This document shows positions 8,387 through 16,464 of a stretch of DNA of 64,000 nt, piece by piece; positions within the stretch are counted from its first letter, which is position 1, and every line of letters begins with the position of its first letter. This stretch comes from an uncultured virus (IMG/VR IMGVR_UViG_3300023109_000008) (lineage: Duplodnaviria > Heunggongvirae > Uroviricota > Caudoviricetes). Both the position numbers and the translations under genes were made by a program. The notes below the pieces were generated by a model. It ran no database searches and had not been told where the DNA came from. It saw only the letters and a list, made by a program, of their open reading frames with translations. Location of the stretch: IMG/VR virus record IMGVR_UViG_3300023109_000008; one strand, 5' to 3'.

Positions 8387-9256
8387 ATGGAACCAGTATT
8401 TGAAAAAGGTTACCCTTCTTTTGAAGCGGTAAACCGAACCCCATCCCAAAAGAAAAAGACTACAAACATAACAGTAGCAGGGTATGGTTATGTGGGTAAG
8501 GCAGTTGTTAATGCTTTTTCTCAGGTGAAGTCAGTGAAGTATGATATCGTGGATCCACAGTATCGTGAATGGAACTTCCCTATTAAACAGGATTCAGACG
8601 GTGTCATCGTCTGTGTATCCACTCCAAAATCGTCTGATGGTTCTTGTGACATTACCAACGTGGTAAATGTTATTGATGACTCACCAGACGTTCCTATCCT
8701 TATTAAGTCTACCATTAGTCTTGAGGGTTGGGAACAAATTAAAACCGCTTTTCCAGACAAACAGATTTCATTCAGTCCAGAGTTCCTTCGTGCGGAAACT
8801 GCATTGTATGATTTCGAAAACCAGAAGTATATGATTATTGGTAATGATACATCAGATTCATTCTGGTCAAGTTTGTTTATAAAACGTTTTAAACGGATTC
8901 GCATCCACCACTGCACGAATGAAGAAGCTATTGCCGTCAAGTATGCAGAGAATGCATTCCTTGCACTGAAGGTAAGTTACTTCAACCAACTATATGATTT
9001 CTGCAATAAAGCAAACGTTGACTTCAATGAGGTCAGGTATCACTTATGTTTAGATGAACGTATTGGAGATGATCATAGTTTTGTCACAGATGAACGTGGT
9101 TGGGGTGGACACTGTCTCCCCAAAGACACACAAGCCCTATTACATACTGCAAAACAATTCGAATCAAGTTTCTCATTAATTGAGGAGGCGATAAAATATA
9201 ATCAAAGAATTCGCCGAAAAGACTTGACAAAGGATGAGTTTTGGGGTATAGTATAG
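8387..9256 (+). CDS. UDP-glucose/GDP-mannose dehydrogenase family protein (lacks the C-terminal domain)
   Basis: GYGYVG, CVSTP, IKST, SPEFLR, KYAENAFLALKVSYFNQ and GGHCLPKD. Confidence 0.88.
   Translation: MEPVFEKGYPSFEAVNRTPSQKKKTTNITVAGYGYVGKAVVNAFSQVKSVKYDIVDPQYREWNFPIKQDSDGVIVCVSTPKSSDGSCDITNVVNVIDDSPDVPILIKSTISLEGWEQIKTAFPDKQISFSPEFLRAETALYDFENQKYMIIGNDTSDSFWSSLFIKRFKRIRIHHCTNEEAIAVKYAENAFLALKVSYFNQLYDFCNKANVDFNEVRYHLCLDERIGDDHSFVTDERGWGGHCLPKDTQALLHTAKQFESSFSLIEEAIKYNQRIRRKDLTKDEFWGIV
9224..9252 (+). promoter_or_regulatory. Sigma70-type promoter upstream of gp45
   Basis: TTGACA-N17-TATAGT. Confidence 0.7.
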
Positions 9257-9286
9257 TTTGAATACTCACAAGGAGATATGTATATA

Positions 9287-9949
9287 ATGAAATTCAGTGA
9301 ACGCACTCTTACGATTCTTAAGAGTTTTGCTACAATCAACAAGTCTATCCAGATGAAGGAAGGGAATGTCCTCAAGACAATCACTCCCGAACGGACGTTG
9401 ATTGCTAGCGCAACCATTCCAGATGAGATTCCATCTGACGCCTGTATCTACGATTTATCACGTTTTTTGTCGATTTTATCGCTTTATGCAGATGCCGATG
9501 TGGAGTTTCATGATAAATACTTTATTATTTCTGAAGGCAAACGCAGAACTAAATACCTATTCGCAGACGTTTCTATGATTCACGCAGCACCTGAGAAGGA
9601 TGTCAAAATCCCTTCTAAGGATGTAGAAGTCGATGTCTCATGGGATGACATGCAATCTGTATTGAAGGCTGCAGGAGTTCTTCAGTTCAGTGAGATCGCA
9701 TTTGTCGGTTCAAACGGCACATGTTATCTCAAAGCAATCGATAGTACTAATGAAGGGGCCGATGACTACGGTGTCGAAATTGGTAATACTGCCGATGAGT
9801 TTAAGATTATCATCAAGGCCGATAATCTTAAGTTACTGCCGCAAGACTATAGAGTTACGCTTTGTTCAAAAGGTATCTCTAAGTTTGAAGGTGACGATGT
9901 CACTTATTTTGTGGCAATTGATTCTAAGTCGACTTATAAAAAGGGGTAA
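9287..9949 (+). CDS. gp45: Sliding clamp (DNA polymerase accessory protein)
   Basis: MKFSERTLTILKSFATINKSI, IYDLSRFLSILSL and NLKLLPQDY; synteny with gp44. Confidence 0.93.
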   Translation: MKFSERTLTILKSFATINKSIQMKEGNVLKTITPERTLIASATIPDEIPSDACIYDLSRFLSILSLYADADVEFHDKYFIISEGKRRTKYLFADVSMIHAAPEKDVKIPSKDVEVDVSWDDMQSVLKAAGVLQFSEIAFVGSNGTCYLKAIDSTNEGADDYGVEIGNTADEFKIIIKADNLKLLPQDYRVTLCSKGISKFEGDDVTYFVAIDSKSTYKKG

Positions 9950-9957
9950 AAAATACC

Positions 9958-10227
9958 ATGAACGAACAACAGCAAGCAGCAATGATGGGCACACAACAGC
10001 CTGTCGATCTTACACTACAGGACATTTCCACTGTAGTTCAAATTATTGATGCGGTCTCTCGACGAGGCGGTTTCGAGGGTCAGGAACTGGCGGGAGTTGG
10101 CGCTCTCCGCAATAAAATCGTGGCATACGTGAACCAACGTACACCTGTGCCAGACCCAACAGCAGAGGCAGATGTCGTCGAAGGCGATGTCCCACCAACT
10201 GCTCCACTGGCAGATAAAGTCCAGTAA
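9958..10227 (+). CDS. Hypothetical protein
   Basis: 89-aa ORF with SD; IIDAVSRRGGFEGQEL pattern resembles other phage hypotheticals. Confidence 0.7.
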   Translation: MNEQQQAAMMGTQQPVDLTLQDISTVVQIIDAVSRRGGFEGQELAGVGALRNKIVAYVNQRTPVPDPTAEADVVEGDVPPTAPLADKVQ

Positions 10228-10274
10228 ACCATACCAAGAAGGGTAGAACCACTCAACGATGTTTCACATACCCA

Positions 10275-10312
10275 GAGGGGCGGGTTTCTAGACCGCCCCT
10301 CAAAGTCTTTTT
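10275..10312 (+). terminator. Hairpin, probable terminator
   Basis: GAGGGGCGG-N9-CCGCCCCTC followed closely by a T tract. Confidence 0.55.
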
Positions 10313-10337
10313 TATAATATGAACATGGTGGCGCAAT

Positions 10338-11297
10338 ATGCAAGAAGGTCTTACTACTAAAGTAAACGAAGTATTATGGGTGGAACGATACCGTCCTCAG
10401 TTGATTGAAGATACAATTCTTCCTCAACAAACAAAAGAAATCTTTCAAAAATTTATCAAGGATGAGAACGTACCAAACCTTCTCTTGACAGGTGGGCCTG
10501 GCGTAGGTAAGACTACAGTCGCAAAGGCAATGCTTGAAGAGATGGGTTGTGATTACATCGTAAAGAATGGATCACTCAACGTTAACATCGATGCCGTTCG
10601 TTACGATATCTCAACATTTGCTTCTGCAGTCAGCTTGACAGGTGGACGCAAATATGTTATATTTGACGAGGCAGACTACCTACCATCCTCTAATGTTCAA
10701 CCTGCACTTCGTAACTTCATTGAGGAGTACTCTTCGAATTGTGGGTTCATCTTTACTTGTAACTTCAAGAACCGTATCATCAGTCCTTTGAGGTCACGTC
10801 TCTCTGAGATAGACTTCTCTATTGACAATGAAGAGAAACCTGCACTCGCAGGGGCGTTCTACAAACGTGTTCTTGCAATCCTTGATCAAGAGGGTGTGTC
10901 ATACGACAAGAAAGTCATTGCAAAGGTTGTACAGAAATACTTCCCAGACTTTCGTCGTGTACTTACCGAACTTCAATCCTATGCTGCATCAGGTTCAATC
11001 GACGAAGGTATCTTTGTCAATCTGAAATCAGAAAGTGTTGATGAACTGTTCTCTTATCTGAAGTCTAAGAACTTCACTGAGATGCGCAAGTGGGTTGCAC
11101 GTAATTCTGATCAGGATATGAACGAGATGTTTCGTGCAATCTATGATGCTGCAGATGAACGTGTAGAGTTCCGTAGTATGCCAGGATTTGTAGTCACTAC
11201 TGCAGATTACATGTACAAGGCAAACTTCGCCTCTGATAGTGAGATCAACATGGTGGCATATTTGACAGAAATTATGATTGAAAGTGAATACAAGTAA
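10338..11297 (+). CDS. gp44: Clamp loader large subunit (AAA+)
   Basis: WVERYRP, Walker A GGPGVGKTT, DEAD, SRL and FPDFRR. Confidence 0.95.
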   Translation: MQEGLTTKVNEVLWVERYRPQLIEDTILPQQTKEIFQKFIKDENVPNLLLTGGPGVGKTTVAKAMLEEMGCDYIVKNGSLNVNIDAVRYDISTFASAVSLTGGRKYVIFDEADYLPSSNVQPALRNFIEEYSSNCGFIFTCNFKNRIISPLRSRLSEIDFSIDNEEKPALAGAFYKRVLAILDQEGVSYDKKVIAKVVQKYFPDFRRVLTELQSYAASGSIDEGIFVNLKSESVDELFSYLKSKNFTEMRKWVARNSDQDMNEMFRAIYDAADERVEFRSMPGFVVTTADYMYKANFASDSEINMVAYLTEIMIESEYK

Positions 11298-11464
11298 TGT
11301 CGACAGAATGTTTCTACTGCGTAAAACAATTCGATAAAGAAGAGTCATTCAAGATGACTGTAGAAATGGCAGAAGGACAGGCAACTTATGATGTCTGTCC
11401 TTCATGCGCAAAAGAGTTTGATCTAATCTTACAGGGTATTGAGGAGGCGAAAAATGAAATTTAG
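11297..11464 (+). CDS. Small zinc-ribbon-like protein (55 aa, not in the ORF track)
   Basis: Manual translation MSTECFYC...VCPSCAKEF; two CxxC pairs; TAATG overlap with gp44. Confidence 0.6.
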   Translation: MSTECFYCVKQFDKEESFKMTVEMAEGQATYDVCPSCAKEFDLILQGIEEAKNEI

Positions 11465-11678
11465 TCACACCCATAATATTGATGGTTCATCAATTGAAAT
11501 GAAATTAAATGAAGATGCAGACCTTGATGAGGTTCTTACTTCATTCACTGACTTCTTACGTGCAGTTGGATATGTAGTTTCTTATGACGAGGAACTGACA
11601 TTCGTTGGATCGTATGAACGTGAGAAGATGAAGTATGATGCAATGGTAGATGATGATGAGGACATGCTTCATGAGTAA
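11454..11678 (+). CDS. Hypothetical protein
   Basis: GAGGAGG SD; LDEVLTSFTDFLRAVGY pattern typical of phage hypotheticals. Confidence 0.7.
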   Translation: MKFSHTHNIDGSSIEMKLNEDADLDEVLTSFTDFLRAVGYVVSYDEELTFVGSYEREKMKYDAMVDDDEDMLHE

Positions 11679-12081
11679 AGAGTTCTCGCCCTTTGACTTC
11701 ATGAATGCTGCATCAGACTCTAAGAAGGATATCATTCGTGAGGCAGAGAACCCAGATCTTGCAGAGAAAGAATACTCATCGTATTCCTATGTTGTCAATC
11801 GTGGGTTCTCTTACTTTGAAGATACCATTCTTCATGCGAATGAGATGAACATCCGTTGGCCTATGTTAGACAACATGGCAGGCGCACAGTTCGATTATTA
11901 TCGTGCATCACTACGCAAACGCAAACGGTTCTCCAAGTGGCACAAGGCAGAACCTAATGAAGATCTAGATGCCATCCAGAAGGTTTATGAATGCAACAGA
12001 ACAGTTGCAAAACAGTATTACAAGGTTCTAAGTAAAGACCAGATGGAACATGTTTACGATAAGTTATTTGTTGGTGGTTAA
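11671..12081 (+). CDS. gp62: Clamp loader small subunit
   Basis: SPFDF, YVVNRGFSYFEDTILHANEMN and RKRKRFSKWHK. Confidence 0.9.
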   Translation: MSKEFSPFDFMNAASDSKKDIIREAENPDLAEKEYSSYSYVVNRGFSYFEDTILHANEMNIRWPMLDNMAGAQFDYYRASLRKRKRFSKWHKAEPNEDLDAIQKVYECNRTVAKQYYKVLSKDQMEHVYDKLFVGG

Positions 12082-12167
12082 AAAACACGTTTTGATAAAT
12101 ACTTTCGTTGGTTATGTTGATCAACACCACCCATAACAATAAATTATAAAAAAGGTGAACATGTATT

Positions 12168-12569
12168 ATGAACGAAGATATTTTTAAGGGAGTTGGTGTA
12201 GAGATTGAATTACCCTCTGATGATAGTTTTTTAAAAATTAAAGAGACGCTCACAAGAATTGGTATTTCTTCACGAAAAGAAAAAAGACTGTATCAGTCTT
12301 GCCACATCCTACACAAAAAAGGCAGATATGCAATCCTTCATTTTAAGGAACTGTTTATACTAGATGGTAAACAGAATACTTTCACAGACGAGGACAAAGC
12401 ACGCCGAAACACTATTGTAAATTTACTAGAAGAGTGGGAACTACTCAAGATCGTTGATAAAGAAAAAACCAAGGATCCAGTTGCCCCATTAAATCACATT
12501 AAGATCATTTCTTATAAAGAAAAAGATCAATGGGATCTTACAGTAAAATATAATATAGGAAGAAAGTAA
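12168..12569 (+). CDS. regA: Translational repressor RegA
   Basis: FLKIKETLTRIGI, LYQSCHILHKKGRYAILHFKELF and RRNTIVNLL. Confidence 0.96.
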   Translation: MNEDIFKGVGVEIELPSDDSFLKIKETLTRIGISSRKEKRLYQSCHILHKKGRYAILHFKELFILDGKQNTFTDEDKARRNTIVNLLEEWELLKIVDKEKTKDPVAPLNHIKIISYKEKDQWDLTVKYNIGRK

Positions 12570-12577
12570 TTTTTTGG

Positions 12578-12608
12578 TTGACATGACCTTCAATTTGTGA
12601 TATAAATA
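12578..12608 (+). promoter_or_regulatory. Composite promoter for hsp20: sigma70-type -35/-10 overlapping a T4 late box
   Basis: TTGACA-N17-TATAAA, where the -10 is part of TATAAATA (12601-12608). Confidence 0.7.
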
Positions 12609-12612
12609 ACAT

Positions 12613-12670
12613 TGTACGCCGTTATCGGGTACATAACATCAATCTTGCTTAATAAAGGAGATAGCAAATG
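12613..12670 (+). ncRNA. ROSE-like RNA thermometer in the hsp20 5' UTR
   Basis: Hairpin 12613-12633, then AUCUU(G)CU pairing with AGGAGAU (the SD) with a bulged G; UUGCU motif. Confidence 0.7.
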
Positions 12671-13117
12671 AATACTCGCAGAATGACTGCCGACTTACTT
12701 AATGATCCATTTTTTATTGGGTTTGACCGTGTACTAGATCGTATGCATCAAACAGGATCAAGTCAACCAAACTACCCACCCTACAATATACGCAAAGTAG
12801 ATGACGATAATTACGTCATTGAACTGGCACTTGCCGGATTCAACCAAGATGAACTTGATGTTGAAGTCAAGGACGGTGTACTTACTGTAGAGGGTAAGAA
12901 AGACGAAAAGTCGGAAGCGCAATATCTACACAGAGGAATCAGTGCACGACAGTTCCGTAGAAAGTTTACTTTGTCGGATACAATTGTAGTACGTGGTGCT
13001 GAATACCAAAACGGTATCCTTTACGTAGAACTTGAAAATGTGATCCCAGAGGAAAAGAAACCTCGAAAGATCTCTATTGGTTCAGTTGCTGGGAAGGAAG
13101 AACTTCTCACAGAATAA
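12668..13117 (+). CDS. hsp20: Small heat shock protein (Hsp20/IbpA family)
   Basis: NYPPYNI, IELALAGF, YLHRGISARQFRRKF, NGIL and PEEKKPRKI. Confidence 0.95.
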   Translation: MNTRRMTADLLNDPFFIGFDRVLDRMHQTGSSQPNYPPYNIRKVDDDNYVIELALAGFNQDELDVEVKDGVLTVEGKKDEKSEAQYLHRGISARQFRRKFTLSDTIVVRGAEYQNGILYVELENVIPEEKKPRKISIGSVAGKEELLTE

Positions 13118-13128
13118 ATAATGACTCA

Positions 13129-13153
13129 GGGGGGATTTATTCCCCCCATTTTT
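13129..13153 (+). terminator. Rho-independent terminator
   Basis: GGGGGGA-TTTAT-TCCCCCC followed by ATTTTT. Confidence 0.75.
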
Positions 13154-13176
13154 ACACACACAAACAGGAGAATAAA

Positions 13177-13383
13177 ATGAACGAATACATGTCTAATATG
13201 TGGATTGACGCAATCCAGAATGCAAAACGAGGTTGGGTATCAACTTGGGTGAAAGATGAAACACTCAGTAAACCCTTGAATGATTTTATCGACACTCAAA
13301 CCGCATTTACAAAAGCGTCCTTTAAACAAATCAATGAATTTTCTAATGCAACAGGCGAGATGCTCGCTAAGGTGGTGAAGTGA
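13177..13383 (+). CDS. Hypothetical helical protein
   Basis: AGGAG SD, 68 aa. Confidence 0.7.
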   Translation: MNEYMSNMWIDAIQNAKRGWVSTWVKDETLSKPLNDFIDTQTAFTKASFKQINEFSNATGEMLAKVVK

Positions 13384-13613
13384 TGTCTAATAAAAATCCA
13401 TTCGAAATCCGTTCTGAGATGTTGCAACTTGCAAAAGAATACATGGATCAACAGTATCATATGAACGTACAGTTCGCTGAGAAAATGATGGATCAAGGCA
13501 AGATGCAGATGGAAGAGTTTCAGAAAGTAACTGAAATGTATTCTGTACAAGACCTCATGGAAAAAGCAAAAGAAATGTATAGTTTCGTAAGTACACGAGA
13601 CGACAAAAGTTAA
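13383..13613 (+). CDS. Hypothetical protein
   Basis: NPFEIRSEMLQLAKEY...AKEMYSFV pattern; overlapping start. Confidence 0.7.
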   Translation: MSNKNPFEIRSEMLQLAKEYMDQQYHMNVQFAEKMMDQGKMQMEEFQKVTEMYSVQDLMEKAKEMYSFVSTRDDKS

Positions 13614-13617
13614 ACTT

Positions 13618-13653
13618 AAGGGGTTGCTTCATTAGGTTGCAACCCTTTTTTTT
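13618..13653 (+). terminator. Rho-independent terminator
   Basis: AAGGGGTTGC...GCAACCCTTTTTTTT. Confidence 0.8.
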
Positions 13654-13816
13654 GCGAACAAGTTGTCACACTTTCCAAATTTGCATAACGCCTATTCCAA
13701 ATTGGTAAGGGTTATTTACCTATTTCTGTACTAAATAAATGTGTGGAAAAGGAGTAAAATGTAGATCGTCTACGCTCGGATTAACACACACATTTATCAT
13801 ACATTTGGAGAACAAA

Positions 13817-14068
13817 ATGACACAAGCTATACTAGCAGCACATGGTTATACAACCAGATCAATCGAACTAATCATCAACGCCTTCAGAGACTTTAGAAAT
13901 TGGAGAATTGAACGTAGAGCAATTCGAGAAACTGAAAAAGCACTCGGCGGACTATCAGATGCAGATCTTATGGATATCGGTATCGCAAGAGGCGACATTT
14001 ATTCTATCGCACGTAAAAAAGATACAATCGAACACTGCGTTAATACAAATCTAAGAGGGTGGGTCTAA
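13817..14068 (+). CDS. DUF1127 (YjiS-like) small protein
   Basis: RRAIRETEKALGGLSDADLMDIGIARGDI matches the LxxLxDxxLxDIGLxRxDI pattern; GGAG SD. Confidence 0.85.
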   Translation: MTQAILAAHGYTTRSIELIINAFRDFRNWRIERRAIRETEKALGGLSDADLMDIGIARGDIYSIARKKDTIEHCVNTNLRGWV

Positions 14069-14241
14069 TGACAACATTAGTAGCAAACTATGTTTTCTCA
14101 CCGTTGTCGGGATTGTGGTCTTCCTTAGATCGGTATACCCAGATGATGGGTTACAGCAGAGCGGCTTCGGAACTCGCAAGGATGGGTATGCACAAGGAAG
14201 CGAAAGCGTGTATGATGGAAATCAAAAAACTATATAAATAA
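14068..14241 (+). CDS. Small hypothetical protein
   Basis: GYSRAASELARMG..EAK motif; TAATG coupling to the DUF1127 gene. Confidence 0.65.
   Translation: MTTLVANYVFSPLSGLWSSLDRYTQMMGYSRAASELARMGMHKEAKACMMEIKKLYK
14233..14240 (+). promoter_or_regulatory. T4 late promoter box
   Basis: TATAAATA. Confidence 0.5.
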
Positions 14242-14246
14242 TTTTC

Positions 14247-14432
14247 ATGACTAAACCCAATGAAAAATTTAAACTAAACGTTCGTGACGTAGAGCAGATT
14301 GAAACTGCTCTGCGTTTTCGCATGTTTGCAGCAGACCCAAAAGAAAAACAAGTTATCAACGAACTTTTGGCCAAGATGTACCATCAAAAAAATTGGTATC
14401 GTCCAAATAATAAAACCTATGTGGGTGGTTAA
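14247..14432 (+). CDS. Hypothetical protein
   Basis: 61-aa ORF converging on the next gene. Confidence 0.6.
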   Translation: MTKPNEKFKLNVRDVEQIETALRFRMFAADPKEKQVINELLAKMYHQKNWYRPNNKTYVGG

Positions 14433-16282
14433 CCACTTAGTTTCATAGGACTCATTGGATTGCCAGTCTGGTTGTAGGATTTAACGTCTGCAATATTTAC
14501 TGCACCACCTTTAGTGATGTGAGTATTTTGGATCGTATCCCCACCAACTTTTCCAATCACCACGTTTGTACCACTATTCCCCATGGCGGCATCTGCTAAC
14601 ATCTGTTGTGTAGCAGCACTTCCTGCCAGTGAACTCAGTTTTTGTGCCGCAGGCCCGCCGTTCATTATTTCTTCCAGCGCTTTGAGTATTCTCTTTTGAT
14701 CATCTGTTAGGAATTCGAAGTCTTCAGAAGTAGACGTAATGCCTTGGAACGATCTCAGTATACCATTACGCAATTCGTTGCGCATGGTTAGGATCGCCGT
14801 ATCGTTACCAGACAGTTCAACAAACTTATTCAACTCTTCAAGTTGACTAAAGAATTTATTGTACGCCTCATCATCTTCAACATCACCTAGATTGTCACCC
14901 AACATCGTAAGTTGACTTCTTTGTGCCGCCATCATTGGGCCAAATCTGTCGATGAATCTTTGAATGGTCGCTTGATCTAACATCTTGATTACATCATTAA
15001 CAGCAGCTTTATCCCCTGCTGCAGCCTGTTCAAGTATTTCATCAAAGTCGTCATACAAGTTAGCAGCGATTGCCATTTGTTCTGCATCAGTTGTTTTAGT
15101 AAACTTGTCTGCGCTTGTAGATCCAGCTACGCCTTCTGTATTTGGTCTTTTCATTCTTGCAGCTCTTAATACAGCATCATCATAATTTTCTAATGATCCA
15201 AGATTACCTTCTAGAATATCTGCAAGTGCAAGTCGGTCTGCGAGTTTTTTCTCTGCATCCGCTTGGTTCCTCTTAAACCAATTGTATAAGGTCTTCCCTG
15301 CAACATACGCAATACCTGCTACTGCACCAACAAGCAACCCTGGCGGCCCAAACATTGCACCAAGTGTGAGTGCTCCAGATATTGCAGTCGCACTATCAAC
15401 AGCGAAATCTGCCCATCCTTCTGACATGCCTTGAGTTTGTAACCAAGTACTGATATCGTCTCCATAGAAAACAAGTGCACCAGTTAACGCACCTAGTGCA
15501 GAAACCTTTAATACTTTTCTTAGGTTCATCAACCCTGCGCCTGCAGCACCTTGCCCTGCAGGGCCTCCACCACCACCAGAACCCAATACACCTTGAATAA
15601 TACCAGCAGTAACACCTTTTGCAAGTGCACCGCCTGCAAATCCAGACATAATACCGGCGGCAGTCAAACCTGCGCCTGCAAGAATCATCCCTAATGGACT
15701 TGAAATAAAATCAGTGATTGCAGTAACTGCTTCTGGAATTTTGGTTGCAAAGGTTACAAAAGAAGTTCCAAGTGCAGACCAGTCAACTTCTTTAAAGGTC
15801 TTGATCATTGAGTCTTCAAAGGCAGTGAATCCACCACCTGTCTTCTTGTCAATAAATCCTTTTGCAAAGTTATATGCAACAAACAAACCTGCAGAACCAA
15901 GAAGAAGTGGTTTCATCATTCCTAGAAGACTTCCACCAAATCCAGAAATCATGTCTATGAGACCTTTTGACTTCTTACCATTATTATCAGTGATAGTTGT
16001 ATCTGTTGTAGTCTCTTCGATTTCGGGTTGAACTGGTGGTTGCAACTCGCTGAGGTCGTCTCTTCTCTGTTGTCTTTCGATTGCTTCTTCTTGAATGCCC
16101 ATCTGTTTGCGCAACAGTTGTGTCTGTTCCGCAATATTTCCAGAGATGGAATTGAATACACCTTCGAACTTTTCGAGTTGTATTTTGACAGAGCGAATAG
16201 AGTGACTACCGCTATTGCGAGTCAACTGACCTTCTGCTTTTAAACGATCAATGATCGCTTCTGTTTCTGCACTTATTGCCAT
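14429..16282 (-). CDS. Probable baseplate hub / tail tape-measure-like protein (gp29-like position)
   Basis: Long helical Gly/Ala-rich protein with hydrophobic segments, directly downstream of gp26/gp51. Confidence 0.5.
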   Translation of the reverse strand: MAISAETEAIIDRLKAEGQLTRNSGSHSIRSVKIQLEKFEGVFNSISGNIAEQTQLLRKQMGIQEEAIERQQRRDDLSELQPPVQPEIEETTTDTTITDNNGKKSKGLIDMISGFGGSLLGMMKPLLLGSAGLFVAYNFAKGFIDKKTGGGFTAFEDSMIKTFKEVDWSALGTSFVTFATKIPEAVTAITDFISSPLGMILAGAGLTAAGIMSGFAGGALAKGVTAGIIQGVLGSGGGGGPAGQGAAGAGLMNLRKVLKVSALGALTGALVFYGDDISTWLQTQGMSEGWADFAVDSATAISGALTLGAMFGPPGLLVGAVAGIAYVAGKTLYNWFKRNQADAEKKLADRLALADILEGNLGSLENYDDAVLRAARMKRPNTEGVAGSTSADKFTKTTDAEQMAIAANLYDDFDEILEQAAAGDKAAVNDVIKMLDQATIQRFIDRFGPMMAAQRSQLTMLGDNLGDVEDDEAYNKFFSQLEELNKFVELSGNDTAILTMRNELRNGILRSFQGITSTSEDFEFLTDDQKRILKALEEIMNGGPAAQKLSSLAGSAATQQMLADAAMGNSGTNVVIGKVGGDTIQNTHITKGGAVNIADVKSYNQTGNPMSPMKLSG

Positions 16283-16453
16283 TTACTTTCCCGACTGCAT
16301 TCGTTGTTCTTCTTTTTGTTTTTCTAAAAACTGTACTAACATCGCAAAATAAAGGTCACGTTCATAAGGTAATAAATTTTCTACGTCTGATATTGAGTAT
16401 TTATGATGCTGCACCAATGAAAAGACTATTTGATAATATTCTTTCAGACTCAT
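16283..16453 (-). CDS. gp51: Baseplate hub assembly catalyst (gp51-like); possibly also made as a frameshift fusion to gp26
   Basis: YYQIVFSLVQHHKYSISDVENLLPYERDLY. Confidence 0.75.
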   Translation of the reverse strand: MSLKEYYQIVFSLVQHHKYSISDVENLLPYERDLYFAMLVQFLEKQKEEQRMQSGK

Positions 16454-16464
16454 GTGACACAGCA

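Noticed and set aside
13682..13697. LysR-type T-N11-A box upstream of the DUF1127 gene
   Set aside because: Pattern is too unspecific to support on its own
13739..13816. Upstream extension of the DUF1127 ORF
   Set aside because: ATG at 13817 has a good SD; the upstream part is better explained as structured leader
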